From contig OZ316891.1 in assembly GCA_973895155.1 (NCBI GenBank), positions 23,021,884 to 23,085,883 of the forward strand: DNA of 64,000 bases, given 5' to 3'. Position numbers and translations under genes: made by a program. Of this stretch, positions 62,130 through 64,000 are shown piece after piece. The DNA is from Marsupella aquatica (taxonomy: Eukaryota > Plantae > Marchantiophyta). Each line of letters opens with the position of its first letter. Position 1 is the stretch's first letter. The notes beneath the pieces were generated by a model. The model was not told the DNA's origin and made no database searches. It was given only the letters and a program-made list of their open reading frames with translations.

Positions 62130-62776
62130 AACTTGATCAACATGTCTCACACGTACAGATGCTCCCATATATCCTCATTCAGATCCCAATCTCGATATAG
62201 ATTTCTAATCGACCAGATGGGATAATCGAACGCAAGACAAAGCCCTGAATCTGATAGCTTTCATAAATATGGAATGAGGTCATCTCTCAAAACGACATCA
62301 TCCAACGATCCTTGAAACGACTTAGCGAACAATAATCCGCATACAATTGTCTGGCATGTATGGGAAGGACAGGCATCAATCTAGATTATATTCTCTGGTC
62401 GATAATTTTGAAACATATCACGTAGTCTCTCGATAGATTTGAAGACAACAGTCTTATAATTTTTCTTCACATAACCAAGATTCCAGCAATGATCCCGCGT
62501 GAACACATATATTAGCTACGACAGGTCGGTGCTCGACAACACTTTTGAAAGTATCTGATAAACCAGTTTATCGTCGAGAATAGACCAGACCATCACATCA
62601 AAATGATCATAACAGAATTTTATAAGATCATGAAGATGCAGCCTCGGAACGACACATAGAGATCCGATACGAATTTTGGGTGTCGACTTGAGCTGAGGAG
62701 TATATTTTGAAACAGAGCACAGGAAGTTTTCCAGTCCTAAAACTAGAAGTTGACGCGACCTGCTCCACTTAGACAC
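62130..62776 (-). pseudogene. Second FCP1/NIF-like copy, disrupted
   Basis: LLVLGLENFL...VPRLHLHDLIKFCYDHFDVMVWS. Downstream part is broken. Confidence 0.6.
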
Positions 62777-62907
62777 TTGTAAATGAACAATTTGATTCTC
62801 ATATTATGCAATTGCAAACAACCACGCGACCGAGCGCGTCACTCCCAAAATATAAAGTTCAATTTCAATCAATTTATAAATAATAATTGATAATAAACAA
62901 TAAACGT

Positions 62908-63346
62908 TTACTTATTGGACTTATCCCAGGCTTCTATAGCACGGTCTTTTTTGGCAGATAAGTATTTCATAAATTCGTCAAACTTTTCTAAATGGTCTTT
63001 ATTCCCCTGATTACGAATGATCACATTTCTTCTCCAAAGATTTGTCTTATCAATATAATCTTTCTCAAGATTTTCTTGAGAGAACGTTGGAATCCCATAT
63101 CCACTAAGGAGCTCGTGGAATGTCAACTTGTCAATTGACATGTCGCATAGATATGGATATACTTTCTTTCTAAAAAATAGGTCATCATCGAGCCCAGAAT
63201 ATGCATCGGGATACAGCGATGAATAGATAGAAGTCATTAAGGCTCGTTTTATATGCAGCATCATCGACAAGAATGACATTCTCAATGTTGTAATCTTTAA
63301 TATCGGCGGCAATGTCGAAGAGACATTTGACAAATAAGGGGATGTC
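62908..63346 (-). pseudogene. Third FCP1/NIF-like copy (C-terminal half), interrupted by an LTR
   Basis: PLFVKCL...IENVILVDDAAYKTSLN, then a frameshift to YSGLDDDLFF...YL. Confidence 0.6.
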
Positions 63347-63601
63347 TGTGGTGCATCCCATGGCTCCCCAAACCCAAGAAACCCCCCCGCACAAGCCGAT
63401 TCCTGCAGGTTTCGTGCTCGGCGAGGCCATTTCCGCAGCTTAGCGGCATGGGATGCTGCTACCCTCCTACTACTCCTATTAACATTTTACACACATATAC
63501 TAGACAGATCCTTCATCGGGTCATGAGATACGCAGTTGGCCTAATCTAGACCTTCTCTTGTCTTTCTCTCCTGTTGGTTAGGTATATTTGGATTCCGCCG
63601 C
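63347..63601 (-). mobile_element. End of another, more diverged giant-LTR family copy
   Basis: TGTGGTGCATCCCATGGCTCCC... aligns to 13121-13385. Confidence 0.9.
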
Positions 63602-64000
63602 TGTCATGAGGTTTCCATCCTAAAGGAGGAATCCTCATGTTTTGTGAAGGAAGTTGAAACCAATTTTGCTTCTAACTTGGGCAAGTTGACTTGACTTGAG
63701 CTAACTTGACCAAGGTGAAGGAGGAAGTAGAGTTATGAGGGTCAAGGTAGGGATGAGGTCGAGCCTACCCACCCTTGTTACTATTGTGGGGTATGTTTTT
63801 CATTTGTGACCAGCGATTAAGTTATCATTTGGCGGATTGGCGGAATGGAGGTTGCTTGCTCAACAAGCAAGGTATTTAGGGTTTTGGCAACATGGTGACC
63901 AGGTTCATTGAATACATGGAGGAGGTGACCAGGTTCAAGGCATGTAAGAGGGTTTGATCCAAGTGCATCAGTTTTGTGAGATTTGGACCAGATTTAGATT
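63602..64000. mobile_element. Probable LTR of an unrelated element nested in the preceding LTR
   Basis: Homology stops abruptly and new sequence starts TGTCATG. Runs off the window. Confidence 0.5.

Overview
Eukaryotic, plant-type (probably a non-seed plant; this is inference), gene-poor nest of transposons. No prokaryotic operons, rRNA, tRNA or CRISPR were seen. Contents: (1) the right part of a Mutator-like (MULE) DNA transposon (1-~9170) with a decayed GCM-like/DDE/SWIM transposase, two F-box-like cargo genes and a dispersed gapped palindrome. (2) A gag-only LTR retroelement (13121-24203, TSD CCTAG) whose 4.6-kb LTRs each contain a ~1200-aa ORF. The same family has an older truncated LTR (~9171-12802), a solo LTR (51114-55773) and an LTR start at 63347. 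(3) The right half of a CACTA element (ending 30362) carrying a SET-domain gene. (4) A decayed region carrying a ParB-like/beta-class DNA amino-methyltransferase gene (34794-31318) with CGATAAWWTTATCG palindromes. (5) A Bianca-type Ty1/copia element (39029-61215, TSD ATAAC) interrupted by a complete 16.4-kb MULE (44253-60678, 9-bp TSD). This MULE has an intact transposase, a divergent ParB-like/MTase-fold gene and ~20 non-coding TAGCGCCNGGCGCTA palindromes. (6) Tandem FCP1/NIF-like pseudogenes. The best candidate for a new system is DNA transposons that encode ParB-methyltransferase fusions together with element-specific palindromic sites. A second candidate is the protein-coding giant LTR.
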